From NCBI RefSeq assembly GCF_004010195.1, contig NC_057750.1:9238457-9269999 (forward strand): DNA of 31,543 nt. Reading direction: 5' to 3'. The notes beneath the pieces were generated by a model. That model did not search any database and was not told the origin of the DNA. It was given only the letters and a program-made list of their open reading frames with translations. The first letter of the stretch is position 1; the number at the start of each line of letters is the position of its first letter. Of this stretch, positions 12,720 to 22,538 are shown in pieces. The DNA is from Chiloscyllium plagiosum (taxonomy: Eukaryota). Position numbers and translations under genes: made by a program.

Positions 12720-13042
12720 GGGGTGGCACCATGGCTCAGTGGTCAGCACTGCTGCCGCACAGCACCTGGAACATGGAATCGATTCTACCCTTGGGCAACT
12801 GTCAGTGTGTAGTTTGTACATTCTCCCTGCGTCTGAGTGGGTGTGTTCTGGTTTCCTCCCACAGTCCAAAGATGTGCAGGTTACGGTGAATTGGCTGTGC
12901 TAAAATTACCCACACTGTGCAGACTAGGCGGATTAGCCATGGGGAAATGCAAGTTCATGAGAGCAGGATGCTCTTCAGAGGGTTATTGGTGGACTTGATG
13001 GGCTGAATGGCCTGCTTCCATACTGGAGGGATTCTATGATTA
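12720..13042 (+). mobile_element. Full-length HE1 V-SINE
   Basis: tRNA head with A box TGGCTCAGTGG, V domain, and tail gggattctatgatt. Confidence 0.88.
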
Positions 13043-13566
13043 TACTTGATGGTTTCACAAAAAGAGTTACTGTGTCAAAGGGAGTATAATAACAGAGATT
13101 GCCATACTGAGGACCAGTGTAACAGAGAGAGTGTTACAACTGAGGATCTTATAGTGAGGGTGCAGTGTGTTGCGATTGTAAATTTACTCCTGGTTAGTGC
13201 AGCACGTTTGATGTTGGAAATGTTAAGTCTCGACTTGTTGACTCCAAGGACACTGAAGTGAGGATGGGTTCAAAAGACAATTGGATAAACGCCTGATGAT
13301 TAAAAAAAAAATTGAGAGGATCAATAGGAAACTGAGTCAGTCATAATTTAGATAGGCCGGGTTTGTTTACCCTTTGCAGAAGGAATGTTCCCACTGTGGT
13401 CTCATTGTGCACTCATTGTTTTTACGGAGAAGATTGACATGGATCTATTATCCAAATTCCACCTCCATTCACAAAGGCCTGAGTGGGAGGACAGACCAGA
13501 TCACAAAGCCAACCTCCTCCTACCCACTTCCCAACTCACCCTAGCAACATAACCTCCTAGTTCTTT

Positions 13567-13665
13567 CAGTTCTGAGGAGGGGGTCACTGGACCCAAAGCT
13601 TTCACTCCGATTTCTCTCCACAGATGTTGCCAGACCTGCTGAGTTTTTACAGCAATTTCTGCGCC
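13567..13665 (+). mobile_element. Single arm of the 4050-type element, degenerate hammerhead
   Basis: agttCTGAGGAgggggtcactggacccAAAGctttcact followed by gatttctctccacagatgttgccagacctgctgag. Confidence 0.7.
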
Positions 13666-14823
13666 TGCTTCTTTCACCCTTGTATGTTTATCTATCTTTC
13701 CCTTAAATACATTGAGACTATGTTACCGCTCCCTGTGGCAGCCAGTCCCACATTCTTACTGGTCTCTGGCTGAAGAAGTTCTCCCTGAATTATCACCTGA
13801 CTATATCAGCTACTATCTTACAGTGACGCCTCCCCCTAGTTGGCAGTTTTGGGGCAAAAATGAGAGTCTAAACAGGATCGTTCTTTCAAAGAATCAGTTT
13901 GAAGATGGGTGCTAGTGGCTTCTTTTCGCACTGTTGACTCTAGATTTGAGTTCCTAACACGTGGCCCACCAAATTCTTCCACAATTTTAAAAGGCTGTGA
14001 TCAGGTCACATGCCAACCAACTCTTTTCCAGACAAAAGGCCTCCAGCCTGGTCAATTTTGCTGATCGTTCTTAACTCTCAGTTTTGCGACAATCCATTGA
14101 GGGTCTGCAAACTGGGCTGACAGAGCCCAGAAACTCTCCCGTAAGAGGTTAAGCACCCATTTCCCAAAGTTTTTTTTTTCCCTACAACACCCGGGAAGCA
14201 GGGAATAAAAAAAGGGTCGTTTTACTCAAAACTTTGAATTCGATAAGTAGTCCTAGCATCTTCACATTGCCATTAGATTGGGATGAACAGCAAAATTGCC
14301 AACTCCTTCAGGATTGCCCTGGAGTCTGCGAGGATCCCCCCCCCCCGAACCTTGCTCTGAAACTCAGGAATAACCATCTCCTTAAGGACATTGTGCGTTT
14401 TTCTTCTCTCATCTTGTTAACCCCTTTAACTCACAAACAATAAAAATGTCAGGGATGGGGGGGGCAATTGAGGGCATTTGATGGGGCATATGGGTTGAAA
14501 GGTTTGTTCGCCTGTCCAACAGGGATTAAAAGGCAAAGCGACACCATGATGGATGTGCCAACCTAACAATAGCAGGAGCAATATGGTGTTGGGCCACTAG
14601 AGAGGGCAGGACCCGTGATAGAACACCCAGGAATACATCCCTAACTGGAGACGCCAAGTTTACAGGTAATTGGGAAGCTTGTGGGCAGAGGAGGGATGGG
14701 GAAGGAAGGGAGAAAGGGGATGGGGGTAGGGGAATGGGGGGTGTGGATGGAGATATGGGGTGAGTTGGAACAGAGACGGGATGTGGTGATGGAGAAAGAA
14801 AGGGGGTAGTATGGGAATGGGGA

Positions 14824-15583
14824 NNNNNNNNNNNNNNNNNNNNNNNNNNNNNNNNNNNNNNNNNNNNNNNNNNNNNNNNNNNNNNNNNNNNNNNNNNNNN
14901 NNNNNNNNNNNNNNNNNNNNNNNNNNNNNNNNNNNNNNNNNNNNNNNNNNNNNNNNNNNNNNNNNNNNNNNNNNNNNNNNNNNNNNNNNNNNNNNNNNNN
15001 NNNNNNNNNNNNNNNNNNNNNNNNNNNNNNNNNNNNNNNNNNNNNNNNNNNNNNNNNNNNNNNNNNNNNNNNNNNNNNNNNNNNNNNNNNNNNNNNNNNN
15101 NNNNNNNNNNNNNNNNNNNNNNNNNNNNNNNNNNNNNNNNNNNNNNNNNNNNNNNNNNNNNNNNNNNNNNNNNNNNNNNNNNNNNNNNNNNNNNNNNNNN
15201 NNNNNNNNNNNNNNNNNNNNNNNNNNNNNNNNNNNNNNNNNNNNNNNNNNNNNNNNNNNNNNNNNNNNNNNNNNNNNNNNNNNNNNNNNNNNNNNNNNNN
15301 NNNNNNNNNNNNNNNNNNNNNNNNNNNNNNNNNNNNNNNNNNNNNNNNNNNNNNNNNNNNNNNNNNNNNNNNNNNNNNNNNNNNNNNNNNNNNNNNNNNN
15401 NNNNNNNNNNNNNNNNNNNNNNNNNNNNNNNNNNNNNNNNNNNNNNNNNNNNNNNNNNNNNNNNNNNNNNNNNNNNNNNNNNNNNNNNNNNNNNNNNNNN
15501 NNNNNNNNNNNNNNNNNNNNNNNNNNNNNNNNNNNNNNNNNNNNNNNNNNNNNNNNNNNNNNNNNNNNNNNNNNNNNNNNNNN
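14824..15583. other. Assembly gap (760 N) flanked by purine-rich low-complexity repeats
   Basis: N run. The right flank has ~27-bp units GAGAGAAGGAGATGGGGATTGGGGGGA; the left flank is G/A-rich. Confidence 0.99.
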
Positions 15584-15984
15584 GGAAAAGAGAGAGATGG
15601 GGAAGAGAGAAAGAGATGGGGGATTGGGGGAAGAGAGAAGGAGATGGGGGATTGGGGGGAGAGAGAAGGAGATGGGGATTGGGGGGAGAGAGAAGGAGAT
15701 GGGGGAAAACAAAATTGGGGAGAAAAGATTGAGAAAAGAAGTGGTTTCCATGGAAACAAGTGGTAAACATTATTTACATATACACAGATCTCTGACATTG
15801 TCATATAATATATTAATACAAGACGTTTTAATTAGAATCAAGTACTTATATAAGCCCCTTTCAGTTCTTAGAAAAGAAAAACGGAAACCTGTCTTTCTGT
15901 TTCGGCACCTCGTTTGGTTTGTTGTTGTTGTTGTTGTTGACGTTGTTGTTGTTGGTGGCGGTTGGCGGTTGTTGTTGTTGTAAA
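15584..15984 (-). other. Proximal 3' UTR of NOVA2 (distal end unknown, runs into gap)
   Basis: Immediately follows the TAG. Contains (AAC)n, an AT-rich block, ATTAAA (15832-15827) and TGTAAATA (15778-15771). Confidence 0.7.
15918..15981 (+). repeat. Interrupted (GTT)n microsatellite just after the NOVA2 stop
   Basis: Runs of gttgttgttg separated by short interruptions. Confidence 0.9.
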
Positions 15985-17094
15985 CTAACCGACTTTCTGG
16001 AGGTTGGCGGCTCGGACGCCTTGCTCGTAGGTGATCCTCTGGCTGATTAAATACTGCGCGGCCTGGGTGGCGGCCGCGGTGCCGGTGATGGTCACCTTGC
16101 GGTTCCTGGTGCCGGGGATAAACTCGCCCTTTTTGGAGATCTGAATGCGGGCGCCAGTCAACTCCTGGTACTCGACCAGCGTCTTGCCGCCTTTGCCCAA
16201 GATGGCGCCCACCAGGTTCTCGGGCACCGCGATCTCCACCACGTCCTTGGAGGCGTCGCCCAGCTTCTCGGCGGCCAAGATGGAGCCGGCCGCCAGCGGG
16301 GACGCAGCCGCCGCCGCTGCCGCGCCGAAGTAGCCGTTGGTGGCGGCTGCCAGGGAGCCCAGTGAGAAGGTACCCACCGCGTTGCCAGGGTTGCCGCCTC
16401 CCCCGCCGCCTCCTCCTCCGCCTCCCGCCGCCGAGGCCTCGTTGGCGTAGGAGGCCAGAAGGTTGGCGGCAGCGGCGGCGGCTGGGTTGGCGCTGGCCGC
16501 CACTGCTGCCAGGACCCCAGTGGCGGTGGCCGGGTTGAGGCCCAGGCCCAGCGAGTTGGTGTTGTAGCCGTAGCTCGCCAGCGTGTTCAGGGCCGAGCTG
16601 ATGGCCAGCAGGTCGTTGCCAGTGAAGCCCGACAGGCCTCCGCCTCCTCCTCCGCCGCCTCCGCCTCCACCGCCTCCTCCTCCTCCCGCGAAGCCCGCCA
16701 CCCCCGCCAGGTTGGCATGGCCCAGCAGGCCCGCCGCCGAGGCCGCCGCGGCTGCCGCCGCCGCCGCCGCCGCCGGCAGCACCTCGGCGGAGTTGGCGTA
16801 CGGCGAGCCGGTCGGGTTGGAGTTCGCCACCGGGCCCGAGATGTTGGCGTAGCTGATGTTGAGGCAGCTGCCACTCTGCGGGTCCTCCTGGATCTTCTGC
16901 ACGATCAGCTCGACCGCCTTGCGGTTCTGCTCGGCCTCGCCGCTCACCGTCACCACCCGCTCCTGCAAGTTGATGCCCTCGGGCTTCTGCGAGAGCTGCA
17001 CCCAGGCCCCGGACTGCTCCATTACCGCCTTCACCGTCGCGCCGCCTTTGCCGATGATTAGGCCCGCCGTGCTGTTGGGCACGATCAGCTTCGC
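15985..17094 (-). CDS. NOVA2: Terminal coding exon of NOVA-family KH-domain RNA-binding protein (KH2, linker, KH3, stop); most likely NOVA2
   Basis: Translation [53 protein letters not shown]...[40 protein letters not shown]...QKVG*, with two GKGG KH loops. The minus strand reads tgtgtgttacAG|GCG (AG at 17096-17095, phase 0), and the TAG is at 15987-15985. The exon codes 369 aa. The first 13 aa of the ORF-track protein are intronic. [35 protein letters not shown] and YLISQR are NOVA2-type as recalled from the human paralogs. Confidence 0.93.
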   Translation of the reverse strand, partial: AKLIVPNSTAGLIIGKGGATVKAVMEQSGAWVQLSQKPEGINLQERVVTVSGEAEQNRKAVELIVQKIQEDPQSGSCLNISYANISGPVANSNPTGSPYANSAEVLPAAAAAAAAAAASAAGLLGHANLAGVAGFAGGGGGGGGGGGGGGGGGLSGFTGNDLLAISSALNTLASYGYNTNSLGLGLNPATATGVLAAVAASANPAAAAAANLLASYANEASAAGGGGGGGGGGGNPGNAVGTFSLGSLAAATNGYFGAAAAAAASPLAAGSILAAEKLGDASKDVVEIAVPENLVGAILGKGGKTLVEYQELTGARIQISKKGEFIPGTRNRKVTITGTAAATQAAQYLISQRITYEQGVRAANLQKVG

Positions 17095-17100
17095 CTGTAA
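15990..17100. other. Exonic CpG-island-like segment
   Basis: Very high GC and abundant CpG, against CpG-depleted flanks. Confidence 0.75.
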
Positions 17101-17126
17101 CACACAGCGAGGGCTCCAGTTAGAAA
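17095..17126 (-). promoter_or_regulatory. 3' splice site: branch point TTTCTAAC (branch A at 17120, -26) plus TTACAG acceptor
   Basis: The minus strand reads TTTCTAACtggagccctcgctgtgtgttacAG. The CTAAC branch motif is at canonical distance; the polypyrimidine tract is weak. Confidence 0.8.
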
Positions 17127-17661
17127 TTCCCATGGGACTCCATCCCCTTCCCCATCATCACCAGGATTCCACAGGCCTCAGCTTTCCTGTGGGAATACTT
17201 CCCTTTCCCCACCATCACCAGGATTCCACAGGCCTCAGCTTTCCCATGGGATGCCTTCCCTTTCCCCACCATCACCAGGATCCCACAGGCCTCATCATTC
17301 CTATGGGACTCCTTCCCCTTCCCACCATCACCAGCCTCCCACAGGCCTCAGCATTCCCATGGGAATCCTTCCCTTTCCCCACCATCACCAGGATCCCACA
17401 GGCCTCAGCTTTCCCATGGGACTCCTTCCCCTTCCCCACCATCACCAGCCTCCCACAGGCCTCAGCTTTCCCATGGGAATCCTTCACTTTCCCCACCATC
17501 ACCAGCCTCCCACAGGCCTCAGCTTTCCCATGGGAATCCTTCCCTTTCCCCACCATCACCAGGATCCCACAGGCCTCAGCATTCCCATGGGACTCCTTCC
17601 CCTTTCCCCCCATCACCAGGAACCACAGGCCCCACCTTTCCCATGGGACTCCTTCCATTCC
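17126..17661. repeat. 57-bp minisatellite, ~9.4 copies
   Basis: CATGGG-type anchors at 17131, 17188, 17245, 17302, 17358, 17415, 17472, 17529, 17586 and 17642. Unit approximately CCCATGGGACTCCTTCCCCTTCCCCACCATCACCAGGATCCCACAGGCCTCAGCTTT. Confidence 0.97.
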
Positions 17662-17669
17662 CTCAAAAG

Positions 17670-17992
17670 ATGTACATCGAGGAAACAACTCATCCATGCC
17701 GACCAGATATCCTAAATTAATCTAGTCCCATTTGCCAGAACTTGGCCCATATCCCTCCAAACCCTTCCTAATCATGTACCCATCCAGGTGCCTTTTAAAT
17801 ATTGTGATTGTACCAGCCTCCACCACTTCCTCTGACAGGTCATTCCATACACGTACCACCCTCTGGGTGAAAAGGTTGCTCTGAGGTCTCTTTTAAATCT
17901 TTCCTCTCTCACCGTAAACCTTTGCCCTCTCGTTCTGGACTTCCCAACCCCAGAGAAAAGACCTTGTCTATTTACCTTATCCATGCCCCTCC
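17670..17992 (-). mobile_element. CR1/HER1 LINE 3' end splitting the intronic tandem array
   Basis: Minus ORF MDKVNRQGLFSGVGKSRTRGQRFTVREERFKRDL. Confidence 0.9.
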
Positions 17993-17994
17993 TG

Positions 17995-18705
17995 GCAGCT
18001 TTCCTGTATGGCTGTTGCCTCCTTGGCAGACCTCTACTGTGAGATCTAAGTATGACTATGAGGATTCTCAGGGCGCCTTTCCCATGTGACTTCTTCCCTT
18101 ACATTTGTCTCAGCAGATTCGGACCATCAAGCCCAAGTGTGCCCAGGAGGGGGGGGGGCAGCTCACCCATATGACTCCTTCTGTCCCTCAGCAGAGGCCT
18201 GGGTATGACCAGGAGAAGCCTCTGGTCAGCTTTCCCATGTAACTACTTCCCTCCCCTTCACAAACCTCCAGGTATGACCAAAGGTAGCTTTCTCACGTGA
18301 CTTCTTCCCTAACCTTCCCCTCAGCAGACCTGGACGGTGAGACCCAAGTCTGCTCATGACGAGCCTCAGGCCAGCTTTCCTACGTGACTCCTTGCCTTCC
18401 CCCCCCCCACCCCCCCAAGGGCACTTTAAGGTGTGGTTATGAGGATCTTAAAGGCAGCTATCCCATGTGACTCCTTCCCTAAGCCCAGGTATGGTCATGA
18501 TGCATCAGGGCAGCATTCCCCATGTGACTCCTTTCCCCTCAGTAATGAGGACCCCCAGGGCACCTTTCCAGCCCCAAATTTTTCCTTTCCTTGGCAGACC
18601 ACCTGGGGTGACCATGCAGATCCTCGGGGCATCTTTCCCACGTGACTCCTTCCCTTCCTTTAGCACATTTCCAGGCATAGCCATGAGGCCTCTGGGTAGC
18701 ACTTA
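17995..18705. repeat. Degenerate tandem array related to the 57-bp unit
   Basis: About 10 irregularly spaced copies of GCAGCTTTCCCATGTGACTCCTTCCCT, often with GTATGACCA..GAGG..CCTC. Confidence 0.75.
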
Positions 18706-18854
18706 ACTTTTGGTGGCTGCTAACCCTTCAGGATTGGACCATCTCCGAAAAATTGAAATTGCATTCCCAGGAAATTGAGCTGGCATCATCTTCTGAACCT
18801 CTAGTAAAGCGCATCAAATACATGAGAACTGACAGCACCGACACATTGTCCTCT

Positions 18855-19228
18855 CAGCAACACTCCATCCTGACTTGGAAATATATTGCCGTTCCTTCAC
18901 TGTCACTGGGTCAAAATCCTGGCGCTCCCTTCTCAATGTCATTGTGGGCCAATCTACATTAAATGGATAGCAGTGGTTCAAGAATGGCAGCTTGGGACGA
19001 GCAATAAACACTGACCCAGCCTCTGATGTACAGGGGCGGCAGTGCGTCAACCGACAGGATGCACAGCAGTAACTCACTCAGAGTCCTCCAACACCTTCCA
19101 ACCTCATCCACCTACAAACACAAAGGCAGCAGAACATCACCTATGCATTCCCCTCCTGTACTCACCACCCCCTGACTTGAAAATATATCGCCATTTCTTC
19201 AGTGTTGCCGGGTTAAAATCCTGCAATT
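18855..19228 (+). mobile_element. Two 3' fragments of a CR1/L2-clade LINE (TWKYIA-type)
   Basis: cctgacttggaaatatattgccgttccttcactgtcactgggtcaaaatcctgg occurs twice. Confidence 0.75.
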
Positions 19229-19239
19229 AGAGATGGCAG

Positions 19240-19730
19240 CACTATGCTATGAGGAGAGACTGATTCAACTGGTCCTGTCTTCACGAGAATTTAGAAGGAT
19301 GAAATAGGAATCTGATTGAAATGTACAAAATTCGAACAGGGCAGGACAGATTGGATGGAGGAAGGATGCTTTCCCTGATTGGGGACTCTAGAACCAGAGG
19401 ACTCCTATTCTTAGGGCATTGGGTAGACAATTTCAGACTGAGTAGAGGACCATTTTCTTCACTCAGAGTAGTGAACCTGTGGAATTCTCTACCACAGAAG
19501 ACCTTGCAGGCCAAGTCATTGCATATATTCAAGAAAGAGACAGGTTTTTTTTTTAAGGTTTGGAAGCATCAGGGGCAGGATCCTCAATGCTTAGGGGGGG
19601 AGGAGTGGGGAAAGCGGCCCTGAGGCATCAAAGGGTATGGGGAGAAAGCATTAAAATAGGGGTCAGCCATGGTTATACTGAATGGCAGAGCAGGATTGAA
19701 GGGCCGAACGGCCTCCTGTTTTCTATGAAT
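19240..19730 (+). mobile_element. CR1 LINE 3' end
   Basis: MYKIRTGQDRLDGGRMLSLIGDSRTRG..FSSLRVVNLWNSLPQ. Confidence 0.85.
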
Positions 19731-20154
19731 CTGTTTTCTCACTGCAGTGTGTGTGTCCTACATCCACGTGGACTGCAGTGGTGCAAGCAGGTCAACAAGG
19801 AGGGTGGGGGTGGGGGGTTAGGGATGCTGGTCACAACCTGTGAAAGAGCTACAAAACAAAAAAATCTCCGGTTCATTGCTCTGTGCAACCCCTGGGGGAA
19901 AAAAATAAATTGTGACAGTAAAGTGATTGTGTTTGTCTCTCAGTTTCTTTGACCATCTGTAAAATGACCATCTTTATTAGCTGTAAAAATGTTGTAAATT
20001 GGAGGGCGCTCAAAGGTTTTTGACTGACAGTCCATTATGTAAAGTGTCTTTGTGCTTTCTGATTGGTGTACGAAGCCCTTACATCATAAAGATTGGTGTA
20101 TCTGCTGACCAATGGCTGGAGCAGGGGGGACTATCATGTGACAAATGAATTTAA

Positions 20155-20578
20155 TCAGAGTCATACAGCATGCAAATGGACCCTTCGGCCCAGCCAGTCC
20201 ATGCCGACCCATAATCCCAAATTAAACTAGTCCCACCTGACTGCTCTTGGTCTATATCTCTCCAATTTTTAAAAAAAAATTATGAACTTATCCAAATCTC
20301 TTTTAAATGCTGTGACTGTACCTGCTAACTGTACCACTTTCTCTGGCAGTTCATTCCATCCTCCAACAGCTCTGCTTTCAAAAAATGTCCCTCATGTCTT
20401 TTTAAAATCTTTCTCCTCTCACCTTAAAAATATGCCCCCTCGTCTTGAAATCCGCCACCCTAGACAAAAGGCACGTGCTCTTCACCTTATCTATAACTCC
20501 TCACGATGAGAGAAACCTCAATAAAGTCACCCTTCTAACTTCCTATGCTCCAGTCAAAAAAAAGTCCTAGCCTATCCT
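20155..20578 (-). mobile_element. CR1 LINE 3' end
   Basis: cagcatgcaaatggacccttcggccc..ctctggcagttcattcca..ctatgctccagt. Confidence 0.82.
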
Positions 20579-20619
20579 AATTGCTCAGAACATGCCCTAC
20601 TCCTTGCATGAATCATAAT

Positions 20620-21065
20620 GGGTTTGTAATACAGGTACAGCAAATAATCAGAAATATTCAAAGAATGGTATCCTATAGGTGGGAAGGGGGCAATTGAATA
20701 CATAATAGGGAAGTTATATTTCAGTTATAGTGGGCACCAGTAAGACCACATCTGAAGCGCTGCACAGTACTGGTCACCTTTTTCATGAAACGATACAATA
20801 CATTGGAAGCAAGATAAGAACGGTTTACTAGGCTAAAACCTAGAAAGGACAGATTGTCTTATGAGAAAAGTTGAAGGGGCTGAATGTTAGAAGAGGAAGA
20901 GGCAATTTGATTACAACATGAAAAATCCAGAGGGTAGATGTGGAAGTTTTACTTTTGGAGGATCTTGAACGACAGGTTGCTGTTTAAAAGTCAGGGCTCC
21001 CCCAGTTAAAACAAAGAGAAGTAGACCTTTTTTTCCTCTCTCAGAGAAATGGGAACTCTTCCTTA
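20620..21065 (+). mobile_element. Highly decayed CR1 ORF2 C-terminal fragment
   Basis: gggaagttatatttcagttatagtgggcaccagtaagaccacatctg..tgcacagtactggtcacc (L..ALVRPHLEYC.Q.WSP-like). Confidence 0.7.
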
Positions 21066-21084
21066 AAAGGTATCATAGTTTCCC

Positions 21085-21435
21085 TAGTATGGAAGCAGGC
21101 CATTTGGCCCATCAAGTCCACACTGACCCTCCAAAGAGGATCTTATCCAGTCTCACCCCCAACCTGTGTATTTCCCATGGCTAACCAACCTAACCTGTAC
21201 AATGGTTTGGACAATTCATGGACAATCACCTGATGAAGGAGCGTCGCTCCGAAAGCTAGTGTGCTTCCAATTAAACCTGTTGGACTATAACCTGGTGTTG
21301 TGTGATTTTTAACTTTGTAACCTGTACAATTTAGCATGGTCAATCCACCTAACCTGCACATCTTTGGACTATAGGTGGAAACCAGCGCACACCCACGCAG
21401 ACACAGAGAGAAGGTGCAAACTCCACACAGACAGG
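21085..21435 (-). mobile_element. HE1 SINE (5'-truncated) interrupted by a hammerhead element
   Basis: Reverse complement of the HE1 body, e.g. ctaacctgcacatctttggact...cccacgcagacac...tgcaaactccacacagaca. Confidence 0.82.
21222..21319 (+). mobile_element. Penelope-derived fragment with intact-looking minimal hammerhead, inserted in an HE1 SINE
   Basis: cacCTGATGAaGGAGCgtcGCTCCGAAAgcTAgtg at 21227-21261, then aaacctgttggactataacctggtgttgtgtgatttttaactttgt. Same family as 12105 and 24460. Confidence 0.82.
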
Positions 21436-22012
21436 CGCAAGGTGGCTAGGTTCTTGATCAGCAACGGAGTGAAAGGTTATAATCAGGTCAGCCACGATCT
21501 TATTATTGAAAGGCAGAGCGAGTTGGAGATGTTCAGTGGCCTACTCCTGCCTCACATGATCATCTTGGAACCTCCACTTGACTATGTTGCTCAGTGGGTA
21601 CAGCTTCTACCCTGGAGTCTAAAGTCTGTGAGGTGTAGCCCCATTCCAGACTATTGGCAGGCCAGAATTTTCCCTGGAGTACTAAGGAAGTGCTGCACTG
21701 CCAAAGGTGCTGTCTTTTCAATCAGGTGTAAAAACTAAATCTGCTTCTGCCTTCTATCCAGTGCACCCAACATTTCCACATACATCATTTTACAGTCAAG
21801 CGGAGGAATTATCCCCAGTGATCTCATCAATACTTCTCTCAGAGCAATGTCCCTAAAAAAACTTGGTTGATCTGAGTTTTTATCACATTGCTGTTCGTTT
21901 GCTCTGCACAAATCTGCAGCTACATTCTTGACATTATAACAGTGACTAGACTTCAAATGCTAATTCATTGATAGCAAATTGCTTTGGACTCCCTTGTGGT
22001 TGGGAAAGAGTC

Positions 22013-22425
22013 ATAGAATCCCTACAGTGTGTGTGTGTGGGGAGGGGGGTGTGAGTCCATGCTGACACTCCAAAGCATGTCCCACCACCCCCACCCCCAA
22101 AATCGCTGTACGTGTCTGCGTGGGTTTCCTCCGGGTGCTCCGGTTTCCTCCCACAGGCCAAAAAAATGTGCAGGTTAGGTGGATTGGCCATGCTAAATTG
22201 CCCGTAGTCTGAGGTGAAGGGGTAAATGTAGGGGAATGGGTCTGGGTGGGTTGCGCTTCGGCGGGTCGGTGTGGACTTGTTGGGCCGAAGGGCCTGTTTC
22301 CACACTAAGTAATCTAATCTAATCAAACTACAAATTGCCCATAGCTAACCCACCTAGTCTGCACACCCTGGACACTAGAGGGCAATTCAGTATGGCCAAT
22401 GCACTCGAACCTACACATCTTTGAA
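22013..22425 (-). mobile_element. HE1 SINE 3' part, interrupted by a second HE1
   Basis: atagaatccctacagtgtg at the left end, continuing at ~22326 as cccatagctaacccacctagtctgcacaccctggacact...acatctttg. Confidence 0.72.
22111..22324 (+). mobile_element. Young 5'-truncated HE1 SINE
   Basis: CpG-retaining cgtgtctgcgtgggtttcctccgggtgctccgg... with an (AATCT)n tail. Confidence 0.88.
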
Positions 22426-22438
22426 TAAATGCAAGTCT

Positions 22439-22538
22439 CTGGGTGTAGGTTTGCTCGCCGAGCTGGAAGGTTCATTTTCAGATGTTTCATCACCATACTA
22501 GGGAACATCATCAGTGAGCCTCTGGATGAAGCCATGTT
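22439..22538 (-). mobile_element. Penelope-derived short element with degenerate hammerhead and 9-bp TSD
   Basis: The minus strand at 22517-22478 reads tcaCTGATGAtgttccctagtatggtgatGAAAcaTCtga. TGCAAGTCT occurs at 22430-22438 and 22539-22547. Confidence 0.78.

Noticed and set aside
14526..15983. Long 363-414 aa ORFs
   Set aside because: Artefacts of translating through the N gap and low-complexity flanks.
15868..15984. In-frame polyT/polyQ extension after the TAG (FTTTTTANRHQQQQRQQQQQQQ...)
   Set aside because: The TAG-T context is not a recognised readthrough motif, and the (AAC)n repeat alone explains the open frame.
17095..17133. ORF-track N-terminus [13 protein letters not shown] as a real start
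   Set aside because: It is intronic: it spans the branch point and acceptor, and the ATG comes from the minisatellite palindrome. KH1 must be in upstream exons outside the window.
17126..17661. CRISPR-like array
   Set aside because: The whole unit is repeated with no unique spacers, there are no cas genes, and the context is eukaryotic.
16145..17725. Antisense and alternate-frame ORFs over the exon and minisatellite (polyPro, Arg-rich, His-Pro-rich)
   Set aside because: Explained by GC-rich codons and a stop-poor 57-bp (19-codon) repeat; no independent coding signal.
21191..21330. 13-bp direct repeat TAACCTGTACAAT as a true TSD
   Set aside because: Host SINE sequence appears to continue ~20 bp past the left copy, so the boundary is ambiguous; it may be a repair or template-switch duplication.
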